Of a stretch of DNA of 32,000 nt, positions 24,575-32,000 are shown in pieces; the stretch's first letter is position 1, and every line of letters begins with the position of its first letter. The position numbers were made by a program, and so were the translations under genes. The stretch lies in contig NZ_JAHDSX010000016.1 of the NCBI RefSeq assembly GCF_020969955.1, positions 13,366-45,365 of the forward strand, written 5' to 3'. Below the pieces are notes generated by a model that was not told where the DNA came from, did no database searches, and was given only the letters and a program-made list of their open reading frames with translations. Source of the stretch: Allobaculum fili. GTDB lineage: Bacteria > Bacillota_I > Bacilli_A > Erysipelotrichales > Erysipelotrichaceae.

Positions 24575-25804
24575 ATGAGAGATCTTGAAATGTTTGAAAT
24601 TATCTCCCGCGAAGAAAAACGTCAGAAACAGAACGTTGAACTGATCGCTTCGGAGAACTATGTGTCGAGCGAAGTCCGTGAAGCTCAGGGCTCTGTCCTC
24701 ACAAATAAATACGCAGAAGGCTATCCTGGCAAACGCTACTACGGCGGCTGTGTCTACGTTGACCAGGCCGAAGAACTGACCCGTCAGCGCGCGAAGGAAC
24801 TGTTTGGTGCCGAACACGCTAACGTACAGGCGCATTCAGGAAGCCAGGCCAACATGTCCGTTTACAACACCGTCCTTGAACCCGGCGATACCGTACTCGG
24901 TATGGACCTGACCAGCGGCGGCCATCTCACACACGGTCACCCTCTGAACTTCTCCGGTCGTACGTATAACTTCATCCCTTACAATGTGGATCCCGAAACG
25001 GAACGCATTGATTACGATAAACTCGAAGAACTTGCTATGGAACACCATCCGAAACTGATCGTTGCCGGCGCTTCCGCTTACCCGCGCATCATCGATTTCG
25101 AACGTCTTGGCGAAATCGCGAAAAAATCCGGGGCTCTGCTCATGGTCGACATGGCGCACATCGCCGGTCTGGTTGCAGCCGGTCTGCATCCATCGCCGGT
25201 TCCCTATGCCGATTTTGTAACGACAACCACGCATAAAACACTGCGCGGCCCGCGCGGCGGCATGGTTCTCTGCAAGGAAGAATACGCGAAGAAACTCGAT
25301 TCCCGCACGTTCCCTGGCATGCAGGGCGGACCGCTCGAACATGTCATCGCCGCAAAGGGAATTGCCCTTTACGAAGCCAGCCAGCCCGAATTCAAAGCCT
25401 ATGCGCAGCGCATTCTCGACAACGTGCAGGCGATGGCCCGCGTCTTTGACGAAGAAGGCATCCGCATGGTTTCCGGCGGAAGCGACAACCACCTGCTTTT
25501 GCTCGACACCCTGTCTTCGCTGAACATGACCGGCAAGGAAGCCGAACGTCTGCTCGACGCAGCTGGCATTACCGTCAACAAGAACACCATTCCGTTCGAT
25601 ACTCAGAAACCGTTCATCACATCCGGTATCCGTCTTGGCTCCGCAGCCATGACCAGCCGCGGTCTGGGCGAAAAGGAATTCGAACAGATTGCCCGCTGGA
25701 TCGTTCAGGTTCTCAAAGCCGGCGACGATGCGACCGCAGAAGCCGTTCGCGAAGAAGTACGTAAGCTGACCGCGAAATACCCGGCTGAGGCCGTTCTTGA
25801 TTAA
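24575..25804 (+). CDS. glyA: Serine hydroxymethyltransferase
   Basis: ..[11 protein letters not shown].., ..[13 protein letters not shown].., PLP-lysine region [15 protein letters not shown] chose the start [10 protein letters not shown] (ATG 24575) because the SD GGAGA lies 5 nt upstream. The track start at 24554 sits inside the hairpin. Confidence 0.95.
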   Translation: MRDLEMFEIISREEKRQKQNVELIASENYVSSEVREAQGSVLTNKYAEGYPGKRYYGGCVYVDQAEELTRQRAKELFGAEHANVQAHSGSQANMSVYNTVLEPGDTVLGMDLTSGGHLTHGHPLNFSGRTYNFIPYNVDPETERIDYDKLEELAMEHHPKLIVAGASAYPRIIDFERLGEIAKKSGALLMVDMAHIAGLVAAGLHPSPVPYADFVTTTTHKTLRGPRGGMVLCKEEYAKKLDSRTFPGMQGGPLEHVIAAKGIALYEASQPEFKAYAQRILDNVQAMARVFDEEGIRMVSGGSDNHLLLLDTLSSLNMTGKEAERLLDAAGITVNKNTIPFDTQKPFITSGIRLGSAAMTSRGLGEKEFEQIARWIVQVLKAGDDATAEAVREEVRKLTAKYPAEAVLD

Positions 25805-26270
25805 GCTGTTCTGTATAGGCAAAAACAAGGACAAGGCGCTTCGTGCTTTAGAAGCGGAATACGTCAAGCGCATGAGCGCGTTTGATCGCATGGAAGTGCT
25901 GGAATTCAAGGACGAACCCGATACGAAATCGCAGTTTGAAAAGGAAGCTGTCCGCATTAAGAAAGCGGAAGGCGACCGGGTCCTTGAAAAGATCCGCCCC
26001 GATGATTTTGTGATTCTTCTCGACCTGCACGGAAAAAGCTGGTCCTCCGAAGAATTCGCGAAAGAGCGGGCATCCTGGACGAATGCCGGCAAGCCGCTTG
26101 TCTTTGTCATTGCCGGATCGCTTGGTCCCAGCGAAGAGCTAATGAAACGGGCGAATGTGCGATGGAAGCTTTCCGATCTGACGTTTACGCATCTGATGTG
26201 CCGGGTGCTGACGCTAGAGCAGATTTATCGCTCGTTCATGATTGAAAAAGGCCGCTCCTACCACAAATAG
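25797..26270 (+). CDS. rlmH: 23S rRNA (pseudouridine1915-N3)-methyltransferase RlmH (SPOUT family)
   Basis: (M)[25 protein letters not shown]... and ..[14 protein letters not shown].....[23 protein letters not shown] fit RlmH. It uses a TTG start that overlaps the glyA 3' end by 8 nt, with GAGG 6 nt upstream. Confidence 0.85.
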   Translation: MIKLFCIGKNKDKALRALEAEYVKRMSAFDRMEVLEFKDEPDTKSQFEKEAVRIKKAEGDRVLEKIRPDDFVILLDLHGKSWSSEEFAKERASWTNAGKPLVFVIAGSLGPSEELMKRANVRWKLSDLTFTHLMCRVLTLEQIYRSFMIEKGRSYHK

Positions 26271-26351
26271 GGCAGCCGGAATAAATCGATCGTTTTCTCT
26301 TCTCTTCTTTTGAGAGAAAAGAGAGCGGATTGAAAAAATTACCGAAACGTT

Positions 26352-26391
26352 TGGCGGCATCTGTCCAGTATCCGGATGGGTGCCGCCTTTT
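26352..26391 (+). terminator. Intrinsic terminator after rlmH
   Basis: The stem GGCGGCA/TGCCGCC closes a 21-nt loop and is followed by TTTTT. Confidence 0.6.
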
Positions 26392-26525
26392 TGTGTCGTA
26401 TAATGAGAAACAGATTTCTGCCCTGCTTTTTTCTCTGACTGTCTGGTCCGATTTCTATATGCGAACAGGAAACTGGATCCGTTCGAAAAGACGCAGAGAA
26501 AAAGAAACGGGCAGCATTACAAGGG

Positions 26526-26556
26526 GATTTCCGGAAACCGGCCGGTTCTGGAAATC
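26526..26556. promoter_or_regulatory. 31-nt near-perfect palindrome just upstream of the SD of the 26575 gene
   Basis: GATTTCCGGAAACCGG|CCGGTTCTGGAAATC. The central 12-mer AACCGGCCGGTT is a perfect palindrome. The SD AGGGGGA follows at 26563-26569. Confidence 0.4.
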
Positions 26557-26574
26557 AGATTCAGGGGGACTTTC

Positions 26575-28203
26575 ATGAAAAAGAGAGCCATTCGCTACAT
26601 TTGTATCGCCGGAACGATTCTGTTTGCGTACTTCATGTTCGTCGGCATTCTTCAGGCCAGCGAAGCGCAGAACGCACTGCTCAGCGCCACCGGCGGCACA
26701 CAGTCCAGAGTCAGCATCGGCCTGATTGTCTGGATTGTCTTTTGCGGGATCGCCAGTTTTCTGTTTCTGGGCTATGGGGTAATGTCCAGAGGCGGCAAAA
26801 GAAACTGGCAGGAAATGATTCATTCGAAAAGAATGGAACTGAGCATGCTTGTGACCGGACTGACCGGCGCTCTGTTCTCGCTGCTTCTGTCGGCTGTACT
26901 CATTCAGTCGCTGCCGACGTACAAGTTCAGCAGTTCCGCGATCGCCTCGGCACACAAGCCGCCAAAAACGGAAACGATCGCCTCATCCGCTTCTTCTTCA
27001 ACCGCTTCTTCGCAGGCACCCGCCTCGGAACAGCCGGCTTCTTCGGAAGAGCAGAATGAGCCGGGTGTGCTCGATCAGGCTTCTGGCGTCAACACGATTG
27101 AAGACGCGCAGACGCTGACCGCCAGACTCGACAGCGCGCAGCCTGATCAGAGCGTGGTGCTGGCCAAAGGTCTGGCTTCAGCGACCCTTTCGCAGTCCAT
27201 TCTCAACAAAACCGGAAACTCCACAAACCTCGACAATACGATGCGCTATGGCATTAACGCCGCCATCCTTGGTACGCCGGGATCGACGATCAACATCCTC
27301 GGTACCGTTCTGAACACGAACGCGGTCGGTGCGCCTGCAGTAGCAGTCAGCGGCGAAAACGCCACCGCTTCGGTAACCGACTCGGATGTCACCGCTCTGG
27401 GCGACAGCTCGCCGCTTTTCATGGCACTTGATCACGGTTCGGTTTCCGTTTCCAACGGTCTGCAGAAAACGCTCGCTAACAGTTCGCCGATTTTTTACGT
27501 CGATGCAAACGGCAGCGTGACTGCGGATTCCAGCGTTACGGAAACAAACGGTCTGGCTTCGCCGACGCTGCTCAACGCGGGCACCTTTAACGGCAGCCGC
27601 CTGAGCATGGCGTCCAACACGTCTTCGGCAGCCGTTCTGATTCCGGGATCAAAGACAACGCTCGCCAACTGCGCGATTACCATGAACGGACTGGACAGCG
27701 ATTCCGGCATGGAAGGCGCCTTCGTGGCCCGCACGGACGGACGCTGGGAAAAGGCGCAGGGTCTGACAGAACTGACGCTCAACAGCTGCTCGTTCAGCTA
27801 CATCGGCCGGGCTGACCATCCCAATGGAGCGGCGTTCGCGGTACGCGACAGCGACTTCGTTCTGAACATGAACGCCTCCATGCAGCTGACCGGATTTACA
27901 ACGCTGGTGCAGGCGGAACGCTCCAAAGTTACGATCAATGCCGTAACCCAGGTTGTGTACGGCAATATTAACGGCGACGAAAACAGCGAAGTGAACATTA
28001 CCCTGACCGGCGCATCCGGACTTGGCGGATCAATCAATTCCGATCAGCGCATGAAAACCGCTGTTCTGCACATGGACGCCTCGTCCACGCTCGCTCTGAG
28101 CAGCGATATTTATCTCACCGAATTCGTTAACGAAAATCCGGCGGGAACCAACATCATCACCAACGGTTTTCACATTTACGTCAACGGACAGGCGGTCATC
28201 TGA
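26575..28203 (+). CDS. Membrane-anchored surface protein: 3 N-terminal TM helices, a Ser/Ala/Pro-rich linker and a C-terminal repetitive Ser/Thr/Asn/Gly-rich domain suggestive of a parallel beta-helix
   Basis: The TM segments are [41 protein letters not shown] and [22 protein letters not shown]. The linker is [25 protein letters not shown]. Short repeats follow (..SxVTxxG.., ..TLTG..G.I.., ending ..[17 protein letters not shown]). A strong SD is present. The fold call is inference only. Confidence 0.75.
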   Translation: MKKRAIRYICIAGTILFAYFMFVGILQASEAQNALLSATGGTQSRVSIGLIVWIVFCGIASFLFLGYGVMSRGGKRNWQEMIHSKRMELSMLVTGLTGALFSLLLSAVLIQSLPTYKFSSSAIASAHKPPKTETIASSASSSTASSQAPASEQPASSEEQNEPGVLDQASGVNTIEDAQTLTARLDSAQPDQSVVLAKGLASATLSQSILNKTGNSTNLDNTMRYGINAAILGTPGSTINILGTVLNTNAVGAPAVAVSGENATASVTDSDVTALGDSSPLFMALDHGSVSVSNGLQKTLANSSPIFYVDANGSVTADSSVTETNGLASPTLLNAGTFNGSRLSMASNTSSAAVLIPGSKTTLANCAITMNGLDSDSGMEGAFVARTDGRWEKAQGLTELTLNSCSFSYIGRADHPNGAAFAVRDSDFVLNMNASMQLTGFTTLVQAERSKVTINAVTQVVYGNINGDENSEVNITLTGASGLGGSINSDQRMKTAVLHMDASSTLALSSDIYLTEFVNENPAGTNIITNGFHIYVNGQAVI

Positions 28204-28219
28204 CCCCTGTCCGTTTTTT
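28184..28219 (+). terminator. Intrinsic terminator overlapping the stop codon of the 26575 gene
   Basis: The 9-bp stem ACGGACAGG/CCTGTCCGT closes a 13-nt loop and is followed by TTTTTT. Confidence 0.85.
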
Positions 28220-28507
28220 CAACCTGCACCGTTCTGGTCTTTGCGTCGGATCTGCTCCATTTCCCAGCGGACCAGAACCTGGACGCGTGAAGATCGTTCC
28301 GCCCCTGGGCTTTTCCAGCGCCGCTTCAGATATTCTGTCCGCGTTCATATATCTTTCTCTCATGCCGGCATACTTCCGGTACGCCGGGCGCTTTGCGGAC
28401 CCGGCCTTTTCCATTGGATCGGCAAAATAAGGCTGTCTGAGCGAAATTCATGTAAGCGGTTAACACTTCGATGTTTGCGTAAGAATTCACAAGCTCACTT
28501 TTGGAAA

Positions 28508-28536
28508 TTTCAAAGCATCCCGGCCGGTGATATACT
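28508..28536 (+). promoter_or_regulatory. Sigma-A promoter of pgk-tpiA (-35 TTTCAA/TTCAAA, 16-17 bp, extended -10 TGaTATACT)
   Basis: TG lies at 28528-28529 and TATACT at 28531-28536, about 50 nt upstream of the pgk ATG. Confidence 0.55.
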
Positions 28537-28585
28537 AGAAAAGAACGTACGTAAGTACATGATTAAAGGAGGAAACACTGCATCC

Positions 28586-29770
28586 ATGGCAAAGAAAACT
28601 GTCAAAGATCTCGATGTGAACGGTAAGAAAGTCATCGTCCGCGCTGATTTGAACGTACCGCACAAAGGCAGCGAGATCACCAATGACAATCGCGTTAAAG
28701 CCGCTATTCCTACACTCAAATATCTCACGGACAACGGCGCGAAGGTCATCCTGATGTCCCACCTCGGCAAAGTAAAAACAGACGAGGACAAAGCGAAAAA
28801 CGATCTCGGCATCGTCGCTCCGCGTCTGCAGGAACTGCTTCCTGATGTAACTGTAAAATTCTGCCCCGTTACACGCGGCGAAGAACTTGAAGCAATGGTT
28901 GACGCCCTCAAACCAGGCGAAATTCTGCTCATGCAGAACACTCGCTACGAAAAAGGCGAAAGCAAGAACGATCCTGAGCTCGGCAAATACTGGGCTGGTC
29001 TTGCAGACATGTTCGTAGAAGACGCGTTCGGTTCTGTACACCGCGCACACGCTTCGACCGTCGGCATTCCTTCCAACCTGCCGGATAATGCACTCGGCTT
29101 CCTGGTGGAAAAAGAAGTAGACATGCTGGGCAAGGCTGTAGACGATCCTGTTCATCCATTCGTAGCCATTCTTGGCGGTGCAAAAGTATCCGACAAGATC
29201 GCAGTTATCGAAAACATGCTCGACAAAGCCGACAGAGTTATCGTTGGCGGCGGCATGGCCTACACCTTCGAAAAAGCACTCGGCCACAATGTCGGCAACT
29301 CCCTGCTTGAAGAAGACAAAATTGATCTTGCAAAACAGATTCTGAAAAAAGGCGAAGGCAAGCTGGTTCTCCCTGTAGATACCGTAATTGCGGACGCATT
29401 CTCCAATGATGCCAACACCCAGATCGTCGGCGAAGACATTCCTGATGGATGGATGGGCCTCGATATCGGACCAAAATCCATCGAACTCTTCAAGAAAACC
29501 CTTGAAGGCGCGAAGACCGTTGTATGGAACGGCCCGATGGGCGTATTCGAAATGCCAAAATTCGCAAACGGCACACTCAAAGTCTGCGAAGCCATTTCGG
29601 AACTGCCAGGCGCTACAACCGTAATCGGCGGCGGCGACTCTGCAGCAGCAGCTATCCAGCTCGGATTCGAAGACAAGTTCAGCCACATCTCCACAGGCGG
29701 CGGTGCTTCTCTTGAATACATGGAAGGCAAAACGCTCCCAGGCATTGCGATCATCGCAGAAAAAGACTAG
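28586..29770 (+). CDS. pgk: Phosphoglycerate kinase
   Basis: [25 protein letters not shown]..., ..MSHLG.., ..GGGMAYTF.., ..[10 protein letters not shown].., ..IGGGDSAAA... The track ORF from 28241 is an unsupported upstream extension. The SD GGAGG lies 13 nt upstream, which is rather far. Confidence 0.93.
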   Translation: MAKKTVKDLDVNGKKVIVRADLNVPHKGSEITNDNRVKAAIPTLKYLTDNGAKVILMSHLGKVKTDEDKAKNDLGIVAPRLQELLPDVTVKFCPVTRGEELEAMVDALKPGEILLMQNTRYEKGESKNDPELGKYWAGLADMFVEDAFGSVHRAHASTVGIPSNLPDNALGFLVEKEVDMLGKAVDDPVHPFVAILGGAKVSDKIAVIENMLDKADRVIVGGGMAYTFEKALGHNVGNSLLEEDKIDLAKQILKKGEGKLVLPVDTVIADAFSNDANTQIVGEDIPDGWMGLDIGPKSIELFKKTLEGAKTVVWNGPMGVFEMPKFANGTLKVCEAISELPGATTVIGGGDSAAAAIQLGFEDKFSHISTGGGASLEYMEGKTLPGIAIIAEKD

Positions 29771-29791
29771 TGAGAGACTGAGGATTGAATC

Positions 29792-30538
29792 ATGAGAGAC
29801 CAGATTATTGTTGGAAACTGGAAAATGAATAAGAACAACGCAGAAACCAAAGCGTTCTTTGAAGAAGTTGACGCGAAAGCCGTCAGCGACAAAGGACTCT
29901 ACGGCGTAGGCGTTCCATTCACGGACCTGAAAACCGCACTCGATGAAGCGAAAAACCTCATCGTAGCCGCTGAAAACGTACACTTCGAAGATGCCGGCGC
30001 TTTCACTGGCGAAGTATCCGTTCCCATGCTCGAAGAACTCGGCGTGAAATACTGCATCATCGGTCATTCCGAGCGTCGTCAGATGTTTGGCGATACCAAC
30101 GAAACCGTAAACAAGAAAGCCAAAAAGCTTCTTGCGGCAGGCATCACTCCAATTCTCTGCATCGGTGAAACAGAAGAAGAATACGACAACGGCAAAACCA
30201 AAGATGTCATCACGGAAGAACTCCAGGGTTCCCTGAAAGACATCCCGGCTGAAGAATATGCCAATATCGTTCTTGCCTATGAACCAATCTGGGCAATCGG
30301 TACCGGCAAATCCGCTTCGGTTGAAATCGCGGAAAACTGCTGCAAACTCGTTCGCGACGTCGTTCGTGAAATCGCAGGCGACAAGGCTGCGGAAGAAGTT
30401 CGCATTCAGTACGGCGGAAGCGTTAAGCCCAACAACATCGTTGAATACATGGCTCAGCCCGATATCGACGGTGCTCTGATCGGCGGTGCCTCCCTCAAAC
30501 CGGATTCCTTCATCGAAATCATCGAAAAAACGAAGTAG
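29792..30538 (+). CDS. tpiA: Triosephosphate isomerase
   Basis: ..VGNWKMNK.., ..CIIGHSERR.., ..AYEPIWAIGTGKSAS.., ..YGGSVKP.. Confidence 0.95.
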   Translation: MRDQIIVGNWKMNKNNAETKAFFEEVDAKAVSDKGLYGVGVPFTDLKTALDEAKNLIVAAENVHFEDAGAFTGEVSVPMLEELGVKYCIIGHSERRQMFGDTNETVNKKAKKLLAAGITPILCIGETEEEYDNGKTKDVITEELQGSLKDIPAEEYANIVLAYEPIWAIGTGKSASVEIAENCCKLVRDVVREIAGDKAAEEVRIQYGGSVKPNNIVEYMAQPDIDGALIGGASLKPDSFIEIIEKTK

Positions 30539-30568
30539 TCCAAAATAACAAAGTAATCCCGGAAACAA

Positions 30569-30596
30569 GCCTGGCCATTGCGGCTGGGCTTTTCTT
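30569..30596 (+). terminator. Terminator-like hairpin after tpiA
   Basis: The stem GCCTGGCC/GGCTGGGC (two G-U pairs) closes the loop ATTGC and is followed by TTTTCTTCT. Confidence 0.5.
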
Positions 30597-30857
30597 CTGC
30601 CCGCATTTCCAGTGCAGCGTCCGGAGAAAACGGGCGGCCGATAGCCAGCGTCCATTTCGAAACATTTTTTTCGGGAAGAGGGAGCGCTTTCTAGGCACAA
30701 AGCAGGAGTGTACGTGCCCCTTTTACGATTCGCGGACGATCTAAAAAAAGTGCGCTACAATATTAACAGTTCATAAGCAAACGGACATTACAAAGCCAGT
30801 TCGTTAAAACGAGAATGAAATAATTCAACTCGAGTAAAGAAAAGAGCCTGTCCTGAT

Positions 30858-31352
30858 TTGCTAAAATGTGTCCTGAATCGCAAGAAAAAACACAATACGG
30901 ACAAATGGGTCGCCGAACTTGTCGGTATGAGCACACAATGGCGTAGAAAGCGAGGAATCTTTCTGCTTAACATAACCAAAAGAGACTTTATAAAGCTGAT
31001 TGAAAGACTTCTGATGCGTGTTCGCCAGGAGAACATCGATTCGTTCGAGATCTCTCAGGAAGCCAGACGAATTTATCAGGAAGCCATGCCCAGCGTCGGC
31101 GGATCGATCGACCGGTTCATCCTGTACGGCTACACCGTATTTCTGGAAAAACGGGAAGAGTGCGACGGTCTGGCGAGCGTGGAGGAACACATGGATCTTT
31201 CATTTGTCATCCCGCGGCGCTCCCTTCTTCTGTTTCTCGAACAGGTGGCTATTTTGCAAAATGCGACGCCCGAAGAGGCAAAACGCAATGCCGAAGCCGT
31301 AGTCACCTGGTTCGAAAAATGGCAATTCAAGTTTCCAAACTCATTTGTATAA
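30858..31352 (+). CDS. Hypothetical protein (possible degenerate HTH at the N-terminus); start uncertain
   Basis: A 164-codon ORF that begins with a TTG lying inside a TGCTAAAAT promoter-like element (30859-30867). The first in-frame ATG (30927) has no SD. There is no recognisable domain. The region is AT-richer than the core genes. Confidence 0.4.
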   Translation: MLKCVLNRKKKHNTDKWVAELVGMSTQWRRKRGIFLLNITKRDFIKLIERLLMRVRQENIDSFEISQEARRIYQEAMPSVGGSIDRFILYGYTVFLEKREECDGLASVEEHMDLSFVIPRRSLLLFLEQVAILQNATPEEAKRNAEAVVTWFEKWQFKFPNSFV

Positions 31353-31446
31353 AAAGTCAGCTAAACTTTCCGTGAAGTGAAAAAGTAATTTCCACTTTTT
31401 CGCACCAGATATGGAATTTGCTTTTTCACTTCCCAGACATTTTTCC

Positions 31447-31484
31447 AAAGGTGGAGGTATAGATAAAAGGTGGAGGTATAGATA
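31447..31484 (+). repeat. Perfect tandem duplication (2 x 19 bp) AAAGGTGGAGGTATAGATA containing the SD of the downstream gene
   Basis: Copy 1 is 31447-31465 and copy 2 is 31466-31484. The ATG at 31485 directly follows copy 2. Confidence 0.9.
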
Positions 31485-31736
31485 ATGGAAAAGGAAAGCA
31501 AAATCATTGTTGGCTTTAAGACCGTCGTTTTGGGGCTGTGCCTTTATATTATTGAACTGCTGTCTTTACCTGTTTTCGGTATACTGCAAAAAATGCAGAC
31601 AAACGGCGATGGGTTTTACAGTGATTTTTGGAAGTACGCAGGAGTACAGCCTTACCCCGTAATCTTTATATTGACCGGCATTGTGATTGTGCTGGGAATT
31701 GCGTTAATAATTCTGGGATACAAGGACAAGAAATAA
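31485..31736 (+). CDS. Small membrane protein (83 aa, two predicted TM helices), unknown function
   Basis: The hydrophobic segments are VVLGLCLYIIELLSLPVFGIL and YPVIFILTGIVIVLGIALIILGY. A strong SD GGAGG lies 8 nt upstream. Confidence 0.65.
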   Translation: MEKESKIIVGFKTVVLGLCLYIIELLSLPVFGILQKMQTNGDGFYSDFWKYAGVQPYPVIFILTGIVIVLGIALIILGYKDKK

Positions 31737-31933
31737 ATCGCTGTTTACAAAATGGCAACAGATGAAAAATGCTGTTCCTGTATCCATCGTGAAGCGAAAA
31801 AGGAAATTCCATATCTTAAGCGTTTTTTGATCCACGAGAATTTTGTCTTGCAAGAGTCGATATTTATTTTGAGTAGAACTTTCCCAACGAGCTTAACTAT
31901 ACAAATCGCTCGTTTTTGAAATTTTATCTCATT

Positions 31934-31965
31934 AGAGAGCCTTTTTTTCGAGGCTCTCTTTTAAT
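31934..31965 (+). terminator. Intrinsic terminator near the window end
   Basis: The 8-bp stem AGAGAGCC/GGCTCTCT closes a T-rich loop and is followed by TTTAATT. Confidence 0.55.
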
Positions 31966-32000
31966 TCTGCCTGGCTTCATGACCAGACATGCGATTAACA

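Noticed and set aside
26330-26578. 82-aa ORF between rlmH and the surface-protein gene
   Set aside because: It starts with a non-ATG codon, spans the rlmH terminator hairpin and the promoter/5' UTR of the next gene, and has no SD.
28241-28585. 115-codon N-terminal extension of the pgk ORF in the track, and the 1196-1270 extension of recU
   Set aside because: The extensions have no homology to PGK or RecU N-termini. The conserved N-terminus starts at an internal ATG in each case, and for pgk that ATG is preceded by an SD. The pgk extension would also include the pgk promoter.
28535-30700. 721-aa minus-strand ORF opposite pgk and tpiA
   Set aside because: The same shadow-ORF artefact. It spans two unrelated genes and their intergenic spacer.
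1-32000. CRISPR arrays, rRNA or tRNA genes, prophage, integrase or defence-system genes
   Set aside because: No regularly spaced direct repeats and no recognisable RNA gene other than rnpB were seen. No integrase, recombinase, nuclease-helicase, reverse transcriptase or other defence-type domains appear in any credible ORF.

Overview
This window is a mostly housekeeping chromosomal segment from a Bacillota (Firmicutes)-type genome. The lineage call rests on PolC, RecU, a GpsB/DivIVA-like protein, a Bacillus-type (type B) RNase P RNA and RNase J. Gene order: ponA' <- recU <- | -> gpsB-like -> rnpB | <- thiT-like | decayed ISL3 element | <- vanW-like <- yqeG-like HAD <- unknown protein | 1.0 kb ORF-free gap | -> MBOAT -> DHHW | <- metallophosphoesterase <- rnj | 0.86 kb ORF-free gap | <- def | -> ftsW-like -> coaD -> rnc -> polC -> small DinJ/RelB-like protein with TM tail -> glyA -> rlmH -> membrane-anchored repeat protein -> pgk -> tpiA -> AT-richer accessory end with two small genes. 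I saw no CRISPR array, rRNA or tRNA and no recognisable defence or secretion system. The parts that standard annotation does not explain are these. (1) A promoter-to-terminator unit just upstream of rnj that would make an ORF-less, C-rich RNA of about 150 nt. (2) Two unusually long ORF-free gaps (7070-8102 and 14550-15412) that carry repeated motifs. (3) An ISL3 element with intact 9-bp target duplications whose transposase is broken by a stop codon and an AG-repeat frameshift. (4) A ThiT-like gene with no visible TPP riboswitch. (5) An orphan DinJ/RelB-like domain fused to a hydrophobic tail. All functional calls come from motif recognition by eye. No database search was run.
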